A stretch of DNA of 64,000 nucleotides. Origin: the human T2T-CHM13v2.0 reference genome, Homo sapiens. The position numbers were made by a program, and so were the translations under genes. Below are positions 39,783-53,870 of this stretch, piece after piece; the first letter of the stretch is position 1; every line of letters starts with the position of its first letter. Location of the stretch: assembly GCF_009914755.1 (NCBI RefSeq), contig NC_060925.1. One strand, 5' to 3'. The notes under the pieces were generated by a model that worked only from the letters and a program-made list of their open reading frames with translations, searched no databases and had not been told where the DNA came from.

Positions 39783-42700
39783 GGCTCTTGGGCCTGACTG
39801 TGTGTGCTGGGGTACACCATGGAGGGGCTGGAAGGCAGGGTTCTGTCCTGTCCTGAAGGGTGCCTGGTAGGCTAGGAGCCTTGGCACTTGGGCCAGCTGG
39901 ACAAAGCTCCCTTCTGGGCTTCACAACAGGAGAGAAAGGCTGGGCCTGCCTTAGAGAGGACCCTTGGGACAGGCCAGAGAGGGAGGGAGAGGAGCCAAGC
40001 CTGGCTCACAAACCTCCCCTGACCCCTGCCAGGTCTGGGCCTCAGACCACGGCACTGAACTCAATCTGTTCTGCCCACTGCCCCCACCATGTCTCATAGT
40101 CCAGAGGCTACAGATGTCCAAGCTGTTTGCCTCTGCTGAGTGGCCACCCTCAGTGCCCCCAGCAGGGGCCTAGCCATCAGTCACAAGGCTGCCAGTCCTC
40201 AGGGCTGGACATGCAGAGCTGGATGTGGACCAGTGGATGGCAGGCAGCAGGGGGCACTGACTGCTACGCATGGGCTGCCTTGGAGGCCTCCCTATGCCTT
40301 CCCTGCCCCCTTTTCTCTCCCCCAGCCCACCTGTGCCCTCACCTGTGCCCATATCTCCATTCCCCTGTCACCTGGGTCTACTTTACCTGCCATGTCTCTG
40401 GGCCCTTCTCACCTGTGCCCCTCTGATTTGTCCCCTCTCTCTTCCTTCATCAGATCCCTCTCCCTTGCCCCTCCTCTCCAGTCTCAGGGCCACTTCACCC
40501 CAGACTGACTTCTCCTGTTTCCTGTGTCGGTCTCTCCCTCCCGCTCCGTACCTTAGGGGTGGAAAAGTCAAGATTCAGCCTTTGAAACTCCATCTTTCCA
40601 ACCTTGCTGCCCTTACCTCAGCCTGGCCCTCTCCTTTTCGAGGCAGCTGCCAGTGGGGGAATTGGAACATCAAGGCAGAATGAGTTTTTTGACCCAACCA
40701 CGGGCATGTGGAGGTGAGAGGTGAAGGCCTTGTGTGATTGCGGGAGTACATAAAGAGCCTGGGAGGGGCACCCAGGGGAGAGGGTGCAGTTCTGAGAGCC
40801 AGACAGCAGGGGGCGGCCGATCCTTGGTGACGTCTGGTTTGTTCCTGTTCTTCAACCCCCTGGCTGGAATTACCCAAAGGGGTAAGTGTTGAGTACATTG
40901 TGGGTGGAACCCTAGGGCCCTCAGAAGGGGCAAGCTTTCTCCCAGTCTGAAGTTGGTCCTGGATTGTTAGCTTTTTAAAGAAACCCTTATCTGTTACCCC
41001 CAAAACCCCTCTCTATTTGAAATCCTGCAAGGGATGAGTGAGCTTGGGGTTTAGACCCTTGGAGGAAAGGGAGGGGAAAAACGCATTTTGGTTTTCCTGG
41101 GGAGCGCTATCTCCTCTGTCCTCAATCCTCAGGGAGGCTGGCATCTTGCCTCTTAAATGGTCCTATTTTGGGTTACAGAAGGAGTAAGAGTCTCCCTCCC
41201 AGCCCCCAAAGAATCCCCCTCTCTCATCTACAGGCAGCGTCCTCGCTCCACGGAACTCTCATACCTACACCAGCTCTGGAAGGGAGCAAGCCCAGGGCGT
41301 TCCCTATAGACCTCCTGTCCTGTGCTAATTGGCACAGAGGAGGGAGAAGGGTCTGGGAGGAGTGGGCCCTCCGTATGTGACAGTGTGACAGCAGGTGCAT
41401 TCACCGTGTGTGCACAGGTGTGTGTGTATGAGAGAACCACAGTCCGGTCTGTTCTGTCGGTGAGTCCTGACATGAGTGTTTCAGTGCTCCCTTACCCCAC
41501 TTTTGAGGAAGGAGCTGAGCCTGAGTGTGAGGTCACAGCAACTGTGTGTGACACTGATGCCAATTAGGTGGAGTAGCCCTCTGGGGCCTGCGTCACCACC
41601 CTCTTTGTCCTCAGTGCCTGCAAACTCACTATTAAAGTTTTTATCCTCGGGAAGGAAGGCACTGCCTCAGATTTTGAATAATATAATTATTATATTACAT
41701 TAATAATGTGATGGGACAGCATGAGAACCCAATGTACTGGAGGGGACCCAGGAAACTGGACACAGAGGGTGGCAAGGGAGACTTCCTGAAGAAGGCTAGA
41801 CTTGATGGGGAGGGGTCTTTCAGATATCCCTGTGACTGCAGACAGGAGGAACGGCCTGGTGCAGTCATTTTAGGTCCCGTAAACACCTTTCTGGGCCTCC
41901 CATGATGCTGGGAACTGGAACTGAGATCCTCAGGGTAACACGCCACCCCTCCCAAGCAGGCCATGGGAGGTTGGTAAATATTGTAATCAGATTAGTGGAG
42001 TGGAGACAGCAGAAACTATGGTGGGAAAATGCTCTGGGCTGGCCTGGCCCCCACCTCTCTCCTGGGAATCCACCCTCTTGCCCTGCCCACCTCCTCCCCT
42101 GTGGGCCCCAAGGCCATCCTGGCTCCTCAGTGACCCCTGCCAGCCTGGGTGACCCACCTGGCACCTGGCCCTCTCTGAGCCTAGTGGAGGTTTCTGCATC
42201 CTGGGTCTCCTCAGCTTAGGAGAGCGATGGGGCAGTAGAATGCCCAGCCCTGTTAACACCCTCTTCCCTAAGAAACTAGCCCTTTGGGCTGCTTTTCTCA
42301 AGCCATGGAGCCCAGGAGAGACCCCTGCCCCTTCCTCTGGCTGTGATGCTGCTCACCTGTGAGACCGGCATGAAGCATCAGGAGTTCAAAGTGGTCATGG
42401 GTGGAGAGAGTGTCTGGTACACGACACAGGTTTAATCAGGGTCGAGTCAGAATCACTTCCCTCTTCCGTCTTCTCATGGCCAAACTGAGCACAGGTCTGG
42501 GTCCCTGGGGTACTGGGAAGCCTGGTCAGGTGGAATGGCATAGGGCAGAGTGAGGCAGATGCATCCCACGGAAAGGTAGGGGTGTCTGCCCAGCTCAGGA
42601 GGGGAAGGGCTGGGAGAACAGGGCTGGCATTCTGTGGAGCCTGGGGTGGGGAACTGGGGGAGAAAAGCTGAAAGGTTGTGAGATGGAGAGTTAAGGATTG

Positions 42701-44734
42701 TGGGCTGAGAATCAGGAGAGGTGGATATTGGGTGGCTGAGGGGCTGGGAGTCTGGGGTCCTAAGGAATGGGATGATATTGGGAGGGGCTGAGGATTTTGG
42801 ATATTGAGAAACTTAGGGGCTGAGAATTAAGAACTGGGGTCCTGGGGGGGGCTAGGGTGGTAGGGCCTGAGGAGACCAGGTTAAGGTGTTTGGAGGCTGA
42901 GGAACTAGCAGGCCAGTGTAGCTGACACGGGGGGAAAGGAAGTGGAGAAACATGCTCATGGACAGAGAAGGGTGTCCATGGGTGGATGGCAGGCTGTGCC
43001 CAACAGTCCTAGGCCAGGCCTCCCTCAGCCCCTGTGGCCGTGCTGGGGCCATGGGGGCGGGCAGCGGGCCTCTCCTTGTCGGGCTGTCAGAGCGGGTTAG
43101 GCTCGGGGAATTGGTTCTCTGGATCATCTCCCGGGAGCCAGCCCCTCCTGGCAGCTTTGTTTGGCAAAAGCGCAGGGATTAGCAGGGCTGCCCCCACACC
43201 ACCTCCCGGCCGCTAGCTCCTGGCGCTTTCATCCCTGAAGGTCGCTAAAGCCGAAGTGCTTTGAGATTAGGCCCCACAAAGGGGCCCCTTGTGCTCCAGC
43301 CAAGCCTTAGGGGCAGGGAGGGGAGGGGGTCCCGAGAGCTCAGTGCAGGCCAAGCCCCTGAGATAAATCCTTTTCTCTGTCCCTGTCGCATCCCAAAGGG
43401 TCCCCCAGGCCAAAGGCCAAAGACCCCTCTGACCCCCCTAGCCCCAGCTCAGAGACTGTATCCCCAGTCGAACCTGGTAAGGGAGCATCCCAGGCCCAGC
43501 CAGCCTGGCCCAGAATATCAGCATCCACCTGTGGTCATTTCAGGGTGGAGGTGGATGAGGGAGTAGAGCAAGAAGGGCTGCAGGTCTCAGGGTAGCAGTT
43601 GGAGTGGGTCTAGATCACAGAGTGAGAAGGAACATCAGTCTGCACTGCTCACTGAGCAGATGGGGAGACCAACCAGGGCTCAGGATAAGAAGGGGCTTGC
43701 CTCAGGTCACACCAAGTTGCTGGCCAAGCTGAGGCAGGAATGTAGTGAGCTCCCCCTTTTCACCAGGTGTTTGAACCCAGGCTAGAGGTCAGCAGGTGTT
43801 CTTGATGGGGAAGGGGCAGTTTTGTGCTTTCTATGTAGAAGAGAATGGTGTTTCACATGTTTGCATTTCATGGGCCAGCAAAAAATGTTTTAAATATGAG
43901 TTCCAGAATAAAATTGCCAGCTATTAATTTTGCCATATAAGGGCACAGATGGAAAACTACTAACTGCTGTCAGCATCATTTTATTAAAAAGAGGATATTT
44001 TAGAATCAAAAAAGTAAAAAAGACATAATCCCAGAATAGAGAGGATAGATCTTCAAATTGAATAGATGTAGCTTTATGAAAATTTTCCTATAAAAAATTT
44101 TCCTATAAAAACCTTATTTTTCTTATTTATTGGTATTTGGATGAAAATGTTTTGGGGATCCTAGACCGAGCAATCTTGGAGAGGTTCCCCACCCCAGAGG
44201 GCTAAGGCTCCTAGGCCCTATGCACTCAGGTCTCCTAGATTAGAGCTCTGCCTACTCCTCTGTGTCGGGGTGGAGTGGGGGAGGGGGTAGTTGTTTCAGG
44301 TCTAGTGCTGGGAAGACTGGGCTGCTGCTTTGGGGGCTCTGCTGAGAGGACAGCCTTGGCCTTGGCCCTCTCATTGGCAAGGAGACTTACGGAGAGGAGG
44401 GGGAGGGAGCAACCCTGACTGTGGGTCGATAGACGAAAATTTCTCCCTGTCCTCTTGCTCGTAAAATGTTTGTGGCCAACATATTGCACAACATTCCCAG
44501 AGAGGCCACAAAAGGCAGTGCTGGGCTGGCAGGGTCAAATGGTGCTCACGGAGCCCAGCCCCTCTTCTTGGCCCCCTGGCTGGGTCAAACTGTGGGGCTG
44601 GTCATAGGGAGGGGTCCACAGTAATTGGGGAGGTGGTGGTGGGTATATGGGATTAGCCTGAGGAACATCAAAGGTGCTCAAGAAATCCCTTGTGAGAAAG
44701 TGTTCACAGGGAGGGGGTTACCAATGACAGTGAA

Positions 44735-45010
44735 GAACTGATAGTATTAGCTGATACTTATGTGGCATTTCCCACATACCAGGCATGGTGCTAAGTGGTA
44801 ACTCATTTAGCACAATCTTTATAACAAACCGAGGGGGTAAGCATGATTATTTCCCCCATTTTCCAAATAAGAAAACTGAGGCACAGAGGTTGACTTGCCC
44901 AAGGTCACAGCTAGTAAGTAGCAGAGCCTGGTGAGGAAGCATCCCTCCCTCATCCCCCTGAATTTGAACCCAGGCAGTCTGGCTCCAGAGTCCATGCATT
45001 TAATTACCAT
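44735..45010 (-). mobile_element. MIR
   Basis: gaaaactgaggcacagaggttgacttgcccaaggtcacagctagtaagt. Confidence 0.85.
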
Positions 45011-45189
45011 GCACGCTATAATGCTGTATTGTGGTTCTAAGCAAGAGATACTTCAGAGTTCCCACCATCCCTTGGCCCTACCCTTCCAACTTCAAGATAG
45101 CTCCACGGTTTTCCTGGGATTTGGAGACATCAAGAGGTGCTCGTCATCTTGCAGACACTGGGTAAAATGGTAATGTCTCCTTGCCTAGT

Positions 45190-45766
45190 TGTGGCAGTTT
45201 AAAAAAAACACGCCCACAAATTCTTTGATAACTTCTTCCTTTGAGAGGTGGAGCTTAATTCTCTTCTCCTTGAATATGGGATGGACTTGGTGACTTGCTT
45301 ATAATGAATAGAATATGACAAAGTGGCAGGATGTCACTTTTGAGATTAGCCTATAAAAGACTACAGCTTCTGTCCCCCCCGCCTCTGTCCCTCTCTCTCT
45401 CTCACTCTCTCTCTGTCTCTTTCTCTCTGATCCATCTCAGCCACCATATAAAGAAGTCCAGGCTATACTCCTAGAGGCCACATGCAAGAGAACTGAGGCA
45501 TCCCAGCTGACAGCCAGCACCAACTGCCGGGCATGTGAGTGAACTTTCCTAGAATACGACCCTCCAGCTCCCATCAATCAAGACTGAAGATGATATAGCC
45601 CTGGACAGTGCGGCTTGACTGCAGCCTCATGAGACACCCAGAGTCAGACCACCCAGCTAAGCTGCTCCTGGATTTCTGACCCTCAGAAACTATGATACAA
45701 TAAATATTTGTTGCAAGCCACTAAGTTTGGGGGTAATTTGTTATGCAGCAATGGATAACTGATAAA
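45190..45766 (+). mobile_element. Solo LTR, MaLR MLT1 family (MLT1F/G-like)
   Basis: Starts tgtggcag; ends aataaa...aagccactaagtttgggggtaatttgttatgcagcaatggataactgata, the MLT1 3' signature. Confidence 0.85.
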
Positions 45767-47725
45767 CCTCACCAGTCTCACTATTGGGAATCTCATCATT
45801 AGAGTTTCACCCTGTGAGTGGGTTAAGTCACAATCTCCCCCATGACTCTCCCAACCCTGAGGTAAATAACAACTGGGCTAATGCAGATTATCTGAATCAG
45901 ATAATGGCTAGAGGACACCTCCAATCCAGTTAGGAGATGCCATGCTGAGGATGGCATGTTGCTGCTTAATCATTCGTAATTCTTAATCTTGATCATTCTC
46001 AACTCACCCAGGGCTGGGCCAGGTGTCACAAGCAGGTGTACAAGCAGCTTTGATAGAGTCATACTTCATAGCTTTCCTATATGGCTGGTTCCTTCCAGGA
46101 AAAACCATCCCTTGCTTTAGTTGACAGTGAGAGGGGCAGGGCTGTCTTGGGGATGAGGAATTGAGGAGCACTGGGCTTTGGCCATAGTAGGGCCCAGGCT
46201 CCACAGATCCCATCTTTTGGGCTCTCTCCATTCTCTGCTTGTAGTGGCCACAGCTGCATTTGTGGGACTCCTCAGCATCTTCCAACCTCCTTTCAGAGTC
46301 CCAACCCCTGGTTGCTCAGTGACCCAGTGTTGGAAGTTAGCACAGTGTGACCGTGCACATCTCAGTGTCCCAGTATGTATGCGTGAGTGTGTGCAGACAT
46401 GGAATGGGAGGTATCTGTGTGTAGTGTGTGCTGGGGGCCTTCAAGTCGCATGCATTTGTGTGCAGGTGCATCTGATTTGTGGGTTTCTGGGTTGGAAGGA
46501 GTATGTGTGCAGCTATATTTCTATGTGTATCTGGAAGAGCGTGTACATGTATGAGATATGTGTATCTGCATGATGGCTTTATCAGGGTGGGGGCCCCATG
46601 CACTTTGTGTTTGCGTCTGTGTTTGCTGCGTTTGGGATGTGTATCTGTGTGTCTGTGTTTCCATGGCCAGGCACCAGCCTGAGGTGTGCCTGAGCTGTGG
46701 TCCTCAAAGGGTTAAGGGAAACCAGCGCCACCATAACTCTTAATCATAGCTTTGCAAGCTTAGCCAGTGCCCCTGTTGAAAAATGTTTCAAAAAGCAAAA
46801 TAAATGATCTTTTAGTTACAGAAGTATTGATTTTGCCCACATCTAGTAATAAAGAGCAAGTCACCTGTAGCTAAAACTCTTGTAAAATATATTTTAGACT
46901 CTAATAGTCTGCAGATAGAGTCACCCGCTGAGCACAGATGACAAATCTCCCCAGCGCGGCCTGCGCCCCCATATTTCACGTCAGGGACGTGGTGGTGGCG
47001 CAGGCAGCGACAGAGCTGGGCCTCGCCTCGGGTGAAGACGTGGCCTGGTTGGCTGGAAGAAAAGAAAAAAGCCAGACTCCTGGCACATGGTACATCCCCC
47101 TGCCTCTACCCTGGGCCCACAGCACCAACCTGGGTGGAGATTTAAGACCAGCCGCCCTGAAGATAGAGTGGGCCTCCTCTGTCTGGACCCCTCAGGAGCT
47201 CCTCCCAGGTTCTCAGAGGGCCATGCCTCTCCCCAGCACTCTGTGGGGGCTGACAGTTTGGGAATGCTGAGGCTGGATTTGAGAGAAGAGTGAACAAGGA
47301 GGTGGGGGCTCTTTCCTGGTTTGAAGGCCAGTTACCCCAGGTGTACACAGGCATGTTCACACATGTGCCACACTCAGGCCTTTCCCAGGCCTCCTTGTAC
47401 ACACAAGGGGCACACTTAGTCCTCAGTGCACACAAACATAAGGCAATCTCTCGGCACATGTATGTAGGGGGACACACTTGACCCCCCTACCATGTGTGAA
47501 TGTACACAAACGTATGACACTTGGCTTTATGCAGTCAGACACACACTTGCGTGTTCCCCAAGTGAAGGGGTGCACATCCAGTCCCTTCACACAGACCTGT
47601 GTAGTACATCTAAAGCACCAGGCCACATCCTCTCTACCCAGAGAATTCCTTCAAAAAATTGACTTCTGTCTGGGACCATCAAATAGTCACTCTGCCTTTG
47701 GGGATGAGAACGTGTACCATACTCA

Positions 47726-48055
<330 letters not shown>

Positions 48056-48769
48056 TCCAGATCCAGCCAAAAGCCCTCTTACACATCTGCCTCTCCAGGT
48101 GGGAGGAGCATTGCTTAGTGGGAACTCCTTATCTCTTGGTCTCCTTTACTTCCCAGAGCAAGTGCAACCGGAGAGGAAGCCCAGGCCTTGGCCTTCCTGC
48201 AGTCAGCCTGCCTAGACGTGGGTTGGGGGGCTGGAACTATGCTCAGGAGCGCCTGAGCCATTGCCCCCTAGCTGGCACGGGGTGAGTGGAGTTGAAGGCC
48301 ACCTTACCTGCCCTTCACAGTACAGTTACTTGTGGGCAAGAGTGGTCAGAAGAAACTCAGCATGCTCAAAGGCACTACAGGAGACCCCCCACTCCAAAGC
48401 TGCGAATAAATAGGGTTTTCCAATCTCTGCTGGGGGTGGCTGGCGGGAGGAGGGTGGAGAGGGCAGAAATGAGGAGGTCCTCTGGGTGTCAGCAAGTTCT
48501 CGAGGTGAGAAGGAGATGGGTCAGGTAGCATTGGGGGAAAGGCTGGGAGTATTGGGGGAAAGGCTGGGAGCACGTGCGGTATTTGAAGAACCGGGGTTGG
48601 AGGGTGGGAGTGGAGCAGGTAGCGGCTGGAGTAAGGGAAGGAAGGAACGTGCATGCAACTAACAGGGTGTGTGTGTGTGGTGGGGGCGGGGGTGACTTTT
48701 GGGTGGTCGGAGAGGGTCAGGAACAAGCGGGGGTATCTCTGAGCGGTGAAGGGGAGTAGCCGTCGGAGG

Positions 48770-49340
48770 GCGGGGACAGAGCGGTAGCTGCCTTGCGCTG
48801 GGATTGGGGGTGGGGGTGGGAGTGGGGAGGGCTCTTTAAGCGGCGGCCGCGCTAATAACCTGTCCAGGAGATGGCTCGTGGCAAATTGCTTTGTTAGTCT
48901 TGTCAGCGCGGCCGGGGCCGCCGTCAGCGCGCGCCATGGATCAAGATGATGAATCGCTGCGGACGGCGCAGATGCGGGCGGCCCGCGGCCGGGCCCCCGG
49001 GTAGGGGTGGGAGGTGGAGGGGGCCGCGGGGGGCCCGGCCGCCGCCATTAACTCCGGAATTAGGTCTAAGCCGCCCACCACCCAGCCACTGCCCCGGGGA
49101 GCGCCAGCCGTTGGGGCGGGAGCGGGCCCAGGATGGGGACTGAGACCCGCGTCCCCCACCCGAACCTGGACCTAGCCTCCTCTGAACGCAGAGGGCAGTG
49201 GGCCGCCCGGAAGGGGCGGGGAGGGGCCCCGGCCCTCAAGCCGCACAGCCAGGTGTTCCCGCTCTTCGAGGACATCCCCTGCCCGCCTGGAGGTTGAGAG
49301 GGCGGCCGCATGGGGCATTCGCCAACCCCTCTCACCCGCC
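48770..49340. promoter_or_regulatory. CpG island about 4 kb upstream of the DMBX1 promoter
   Basis: Dense CpG and GC boxes; CTTTGTT, CCATTAA and TAAGCC motifs. Confidence 0.78.
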
Positions 49341-49416
49341 CCAAACCCTCGCTGTGAGCTGCTAGGGAGCCTTCGTGGGGGTGGAGGGGGAAGCTAAGGA
49401 GAAACAGAGAGAGAGG

Positions 49417-49460
<44 letters not shown>
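49417..49460. repeat. (GACA)n microsatellite
   Basis: Direct reading. Confidence 0.97.
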
Positions 49461-49462
<2 letters not shown>

Positions 49463-52400
49463 GTTGGGGTGTGAGTAGGGTGGTTGGGTTTGACATTGCT
49501 ACTCTAAACTGAGCTCAGAGACCAGCGATGGTGGGGCTGGGGCCTGCCCTGGGACTTCAAGGGGACCTAGGCCCCTAAAGTGGTTCCGGGCAGACAGCTG
49601 GGACCCTGCGTTCTTTGCATTTCCAGACCAGTTGGAAACGGTGAGCACCTAGTTTTCCCAAGTTCCTAAATTAACTCACCCCTTACCCACCTCCCCCTTG
49701 GTCCAACTTAGAAACATCTCCCCCCAAAACACACACACACCACACGCACACCTAGGAATTTACAAACTCACACAATCCACATAAGCACAGTCTACATTCA
49801 CATGTAAACGTGTATACGCATATATTACACACAAATATAGGAGTATATACTTAAATGTATTCATATACTCATAGCACAGGAAAATGAATTCGAACAAATA
49901 TAAAACCACATCCAGAAATGCACCACTGCCTGCACTCCTAGTCCCAGCAGCCCAGGAAAGTCTACTGGGGACAGGTCCCCAGTTCCTCAGGGGATGCCTT
50001 TCTTTTAAGCCCTTTGAAGGCGTCAGCAACAGCCCTGGGCAGGCAGGTGGGGAGACTCCAGGAGGAAGGCCCTGAACTATTTCCACTTATTGATTCCTGT
50101 CTAGACGGTGGCACTTTCAAAATGGCTTTGTGAAATCACTAAAACCCACCCACATTGTGGCACATCAAGCTTCCCATCACTCAGGCCTCCCTAAAGGACG
50201 TGTTCCCTTTCCCTGTTTGGTCCTGTTTCCCTCCGGACTTTCCATCTCAGCAAGAGAGCTTGCTAGGGATTTTTGTTTTTCCCTCAAACTTTGTCCCCAC
50301 ACCCAGAAATCTACAACCAGCCGTGAATGCAGCCCTTGGGCTGCAATGTCTGTGAAAGTGTGTGGGGGTAGGAAGTGAGTGAGTGACCGCAGCTCTTTCT
50401 GTCCATGGTGTCCCCCTATATGGAGGTCTGTGTGTCTCTGTGAAGGTGGGTCTGGCCTGGTAGTGTGGGCTTCTCCAGGTATCTGGGGATCTGAGTCTGT
50501 GGAGGCCTGGTTGTATCATGAGGCTCAGGGCATACCGCCCACCCAGCCACACACCACCTCCAGACCTTGGGGACGGGGACAGCTGGCACAGGTGGGGGCC
50601 TTGGTAGCCTGGGATAGGAGGCAAGCAAGGATTCCCCCAGCTGGACTCAGAATCTGTGTGGCAGACAAGTTCCTTCCAAGAGTGGGTGCCTGGTTGAGCC
50701 TGCTGCCCTGCTGCCTCAGTAGTCCTCAGCCAACGAACAGAACTTGTGCTGTTCTCAAGCCCCCTTCCCCCAGCCCGGGCAGGTCTGGCCCACTCAGGCC
50801 CGGGCTGAGTTGAGGTCATCATTCCTCCAGCCTGCCCAGCAGCTCCTGTGCTATCTGAGGTGGGGACCTAGGGAGGAGGTAAGTTGGAGTTGAGTCCCTG
50901 GGCAAAGAAACATGATGCCCCCTCCTACTGGAAGGGGAGCCCCAGTTGGGGATGGGGGGCAGAGAGGATAAGGCCTACCTGAGCAAGCCTTCTCCATTCT
51001 GCCAGTCGGGATGGCAGGGAGGGACTTTGGTGCCCCCTCATTTGTTTCTCCATATGTGACCCTTCCACATGTGCACCTGGCCCCATGTCTGTGTGTGTGA
51101 CTGAATGATGCTATGTGTGTGCAGGGGGTTATAGCTTTCTCCAGAATCATCTGTGTGCCTGTTTGTGTGTGGAGGGCAGCCAGATGGGGGCGCATTGTCC
51201 TTCCCACCATCTCCTCAGCTTGTGTGGAGCTCTAGCCGCAGTCTCAATTATCTAAGCCAAAGAAACAGCCTTGGCTCCCCTTCCCTCCCCTCCTCTCCAC
51301 TCCCCTCCCGCACAGGGCCAGGATCCCTGAAGAGAAATTAAAAGGTTATTTAAAGCCCCCGCCTCCGCCTTTCTTGTCCCTTTAAATCGAGCCTAAACGG
51401 TTTTGCTTTGGCAGAAGAAATCTTTTCTGGAGCTTTGGGGTGGGGGTGGGGGATCCTGGTGGGAGAGAAGGGTCTAAGCGGCCTAATCCTCTTACCGCCC
51501 CCTCCTCTCCTCTCCTCTCCCTTCTGAGGCCCACTGCTCCCCCCACCCCCCCGAGGCACCCAGCCCCTAACTCTGACTGAAGATCGACCCGGACCCTCAA
51601 CTCTGCCTGTGGCCCCTTCTGCCCCACCCAGCACAAAATTCCTGACGCCCTCAACCCAGGCTGGGGCTCTAAAATCTACTGGCAGTATTGGCCAGCCAGC
51701 ACCAGCTCCTCCCGGTGCCTGAGCCCCTAAGCAAGCAGCCCAGCTCCCAGGAGGTAGACCTGAGAGCTTCGCTTATAGACCAGAGGGACTGCCAGAAGCA
51801 GGGTCCCTCTGCTCTGGTCCCAAGACTCTGTGCCCATCCTGCGCGCAGCCACCTGGATTTGCAGCTACGTTTGAGCTGAAAATTGCACAAGGGCTCGCTA
51901 CACACACACAAAGGAGTCACCACCATATGAAACCCCACAGCTGCACATGGATTCGTGGTCACGGGAGCACCAGTCACAAGGGCACACTCAACATGTGAGT
52001 CACAGTTGCAGCCACTGAGGCCAAAGGCTGGTTGCACAGTGTCCCCTCCCCACCTACCCCACACCCCCCCACACACACTTGGCCAAGGCCTCTCCAGCCA
52101 CCTCCACACAGCCACATCCACAGAGCCTCCCAGAATCTCTATAGAGCAACTTGTCACCCCTGCATCCACTGGCAGTGTGGGCGTACACCTGCCCCCTGGC
52201 ACACAGCTCAGACACACACCTTTTGGGAAGCCGAGCCTCTGCCTGATTGAGAGCCGGCCCCAGAACGTCCTCTTCCTATGAGCCGGTTCCCGCCTGGAGG
52301 GAGCAGAGCGCTGGTAAGAGCAGGACCATCTCAGGCCCAGGATTTTCCCGAAGTGGACCGGTCGCCGAGTGTGTTTGTTCCCCCAGTCCCGGCGACAGGT

Positions 52401-52929
52401 GCCTGTGCTGTGTGTGAAGCCGCGAGTTCCAGCCCGCGGCCTCCCGGCCCAGAGGCCAACATCCAGGTGCTAGACAGGTGAGCGGCTGCTAGGAGCGCAA
52501 ACCAGCGCACCCGCGGGGTGTGTGGGCGGCGAGTTCAGAGTACTGGCTGTGGCGCTGCATGGTGGCGCGGGGGTGGCAGTGTTGTTGCAGGTGGTGTGGA
52601 ACTGATGGGAAGAGGTATGTGTGCGCGCGTGTGTGTGCGCACAACCTTGAAGGGACAGTGGGGACGGGAGTCCGTCGGGGCTCCCCCAGGTCACCTCTAC
52701 GGACTCCAGCTGCCAAGCGTCGGGGTGGGACCGGCGAGGGGGAGGTTTCTCAAGACCTTTCAACACCCCAGGGATCGGCCTGCGGCTTCCGCGGACCCAA
52801 GAGAGGCAGAGATCCCTGGACCGGGAGCCAGAGCTCGAGGAGCAGAGATTCGGGAGAGGTGACGGACGCGAGCCCGGCGCACAGACCCACCGACTGTCGG
52901 GCCACCTTGGTCGGGAGCTGGGCTGCGGC

Positions 52930-53062
52930 ACCAGCGGGGCGGGGCAGGGCGGGGCGGGAGCGAGGCGTGATTGGCAGCCACCAGGGCCATTAGGAAGCGC
53001 CCGGGCCCGCGCCGGGCGCCCGGGAAACGCAGTTTAAAACTCCAGCCCAGGCCCCGTCGCGC
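52930..53062 (+). promoter_or_regulatory. DMBX1: Core promoter: GC boxes, inverted CCAAT, TATA-like
   Basis: GGGGCGGGGC repeats 52936-52958, ATTGG 52970-52974, TTTAAAA 53033-53039 about 30 nt before the predicted start. Confidence 0.75.
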
Positions 53063-53104
53063 GTAGATGGCAGCGGAGGCGGCGGCGCGGGCCGGGGTGA
53101 CCAG
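53063..53104 (+). other. DMBX1: DMBX1 5' UTR exon 1 (start approximate)
   Basis: Follows the TATA-like box; GT donor at 53105. Confidence 0.68.
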
Positions 53105-53870
53105 GTACGAGCGGGCGGGGCTGGCGGGCCGAGCCGGGAGTAGTGCGGGACAGTCGCTGCAGGGAGGACGCGGGCCGTGAGAACCCGGGGACAGCCTCCC
53201 CTCTTGCGGTCCTGCAGTCCCGGACCCACTGGGCGGATCAGAAAGTTTGCAGGGAGCCAGGGACTAGGAGACAGACAGACAGCGCAGGGACAGAGAAAGC
53301 GGAGGGATGCCAGAAAGACCGAGTCGGGGACAGACAGAGAGACCCAGGGTGAGACAGAGGAAGAGATACCCGGGGCTGAAAACGGTGGCAGAAAGTGAGC
53401 AACTTAGGGAGACAGAAAGAGCGCAGAACTCGAAATTCCGAGGCAGAGAGAGCGGAGGGCAAGCCGTGGGTAGAAACGCGCCGAGGCGAGGACGAAGGCC
53501 TTGGCCCGCGGAGACGCAGGCACCCGCGGAGAACGCTTCGGATCCGTCACGGTTTTGCCTCATTTGGAAGATATTACTTCGCCCCTGAAAAAAAAAATAC
53601 AAAAAAGGTTTGGATATTAAGCGGAGACAAATCCTTCTCAGTTTGGAAGGGGGCGGCGCGGGGAGGGAGGTGGCCGGCGTAATGCGGACCAGATGCGGCC
53701 TGGGGAGTTGCGGAGCCCTGGGCGGGGGCTGGGGAGGGGGCGCGGCCGGCAGCCCAGTTCCCAGCCTGCGGAGCGCAGAGGCCGCCCACGCCCTCCCAGC
53801 TTCCTGGTCCACGCGAACCCCGCAGTGCTCCGGGCATTGCCCGGGTCTGGCTTTGGTCTCGCCCGCGCAG

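Noticed and set aside
43840-44200. AT-rich block, possibly a hAT/Charlie DNA transposon remnant
   Set aside because: Could not identify both terminal repeats or a family by eye; needs a Dfam search
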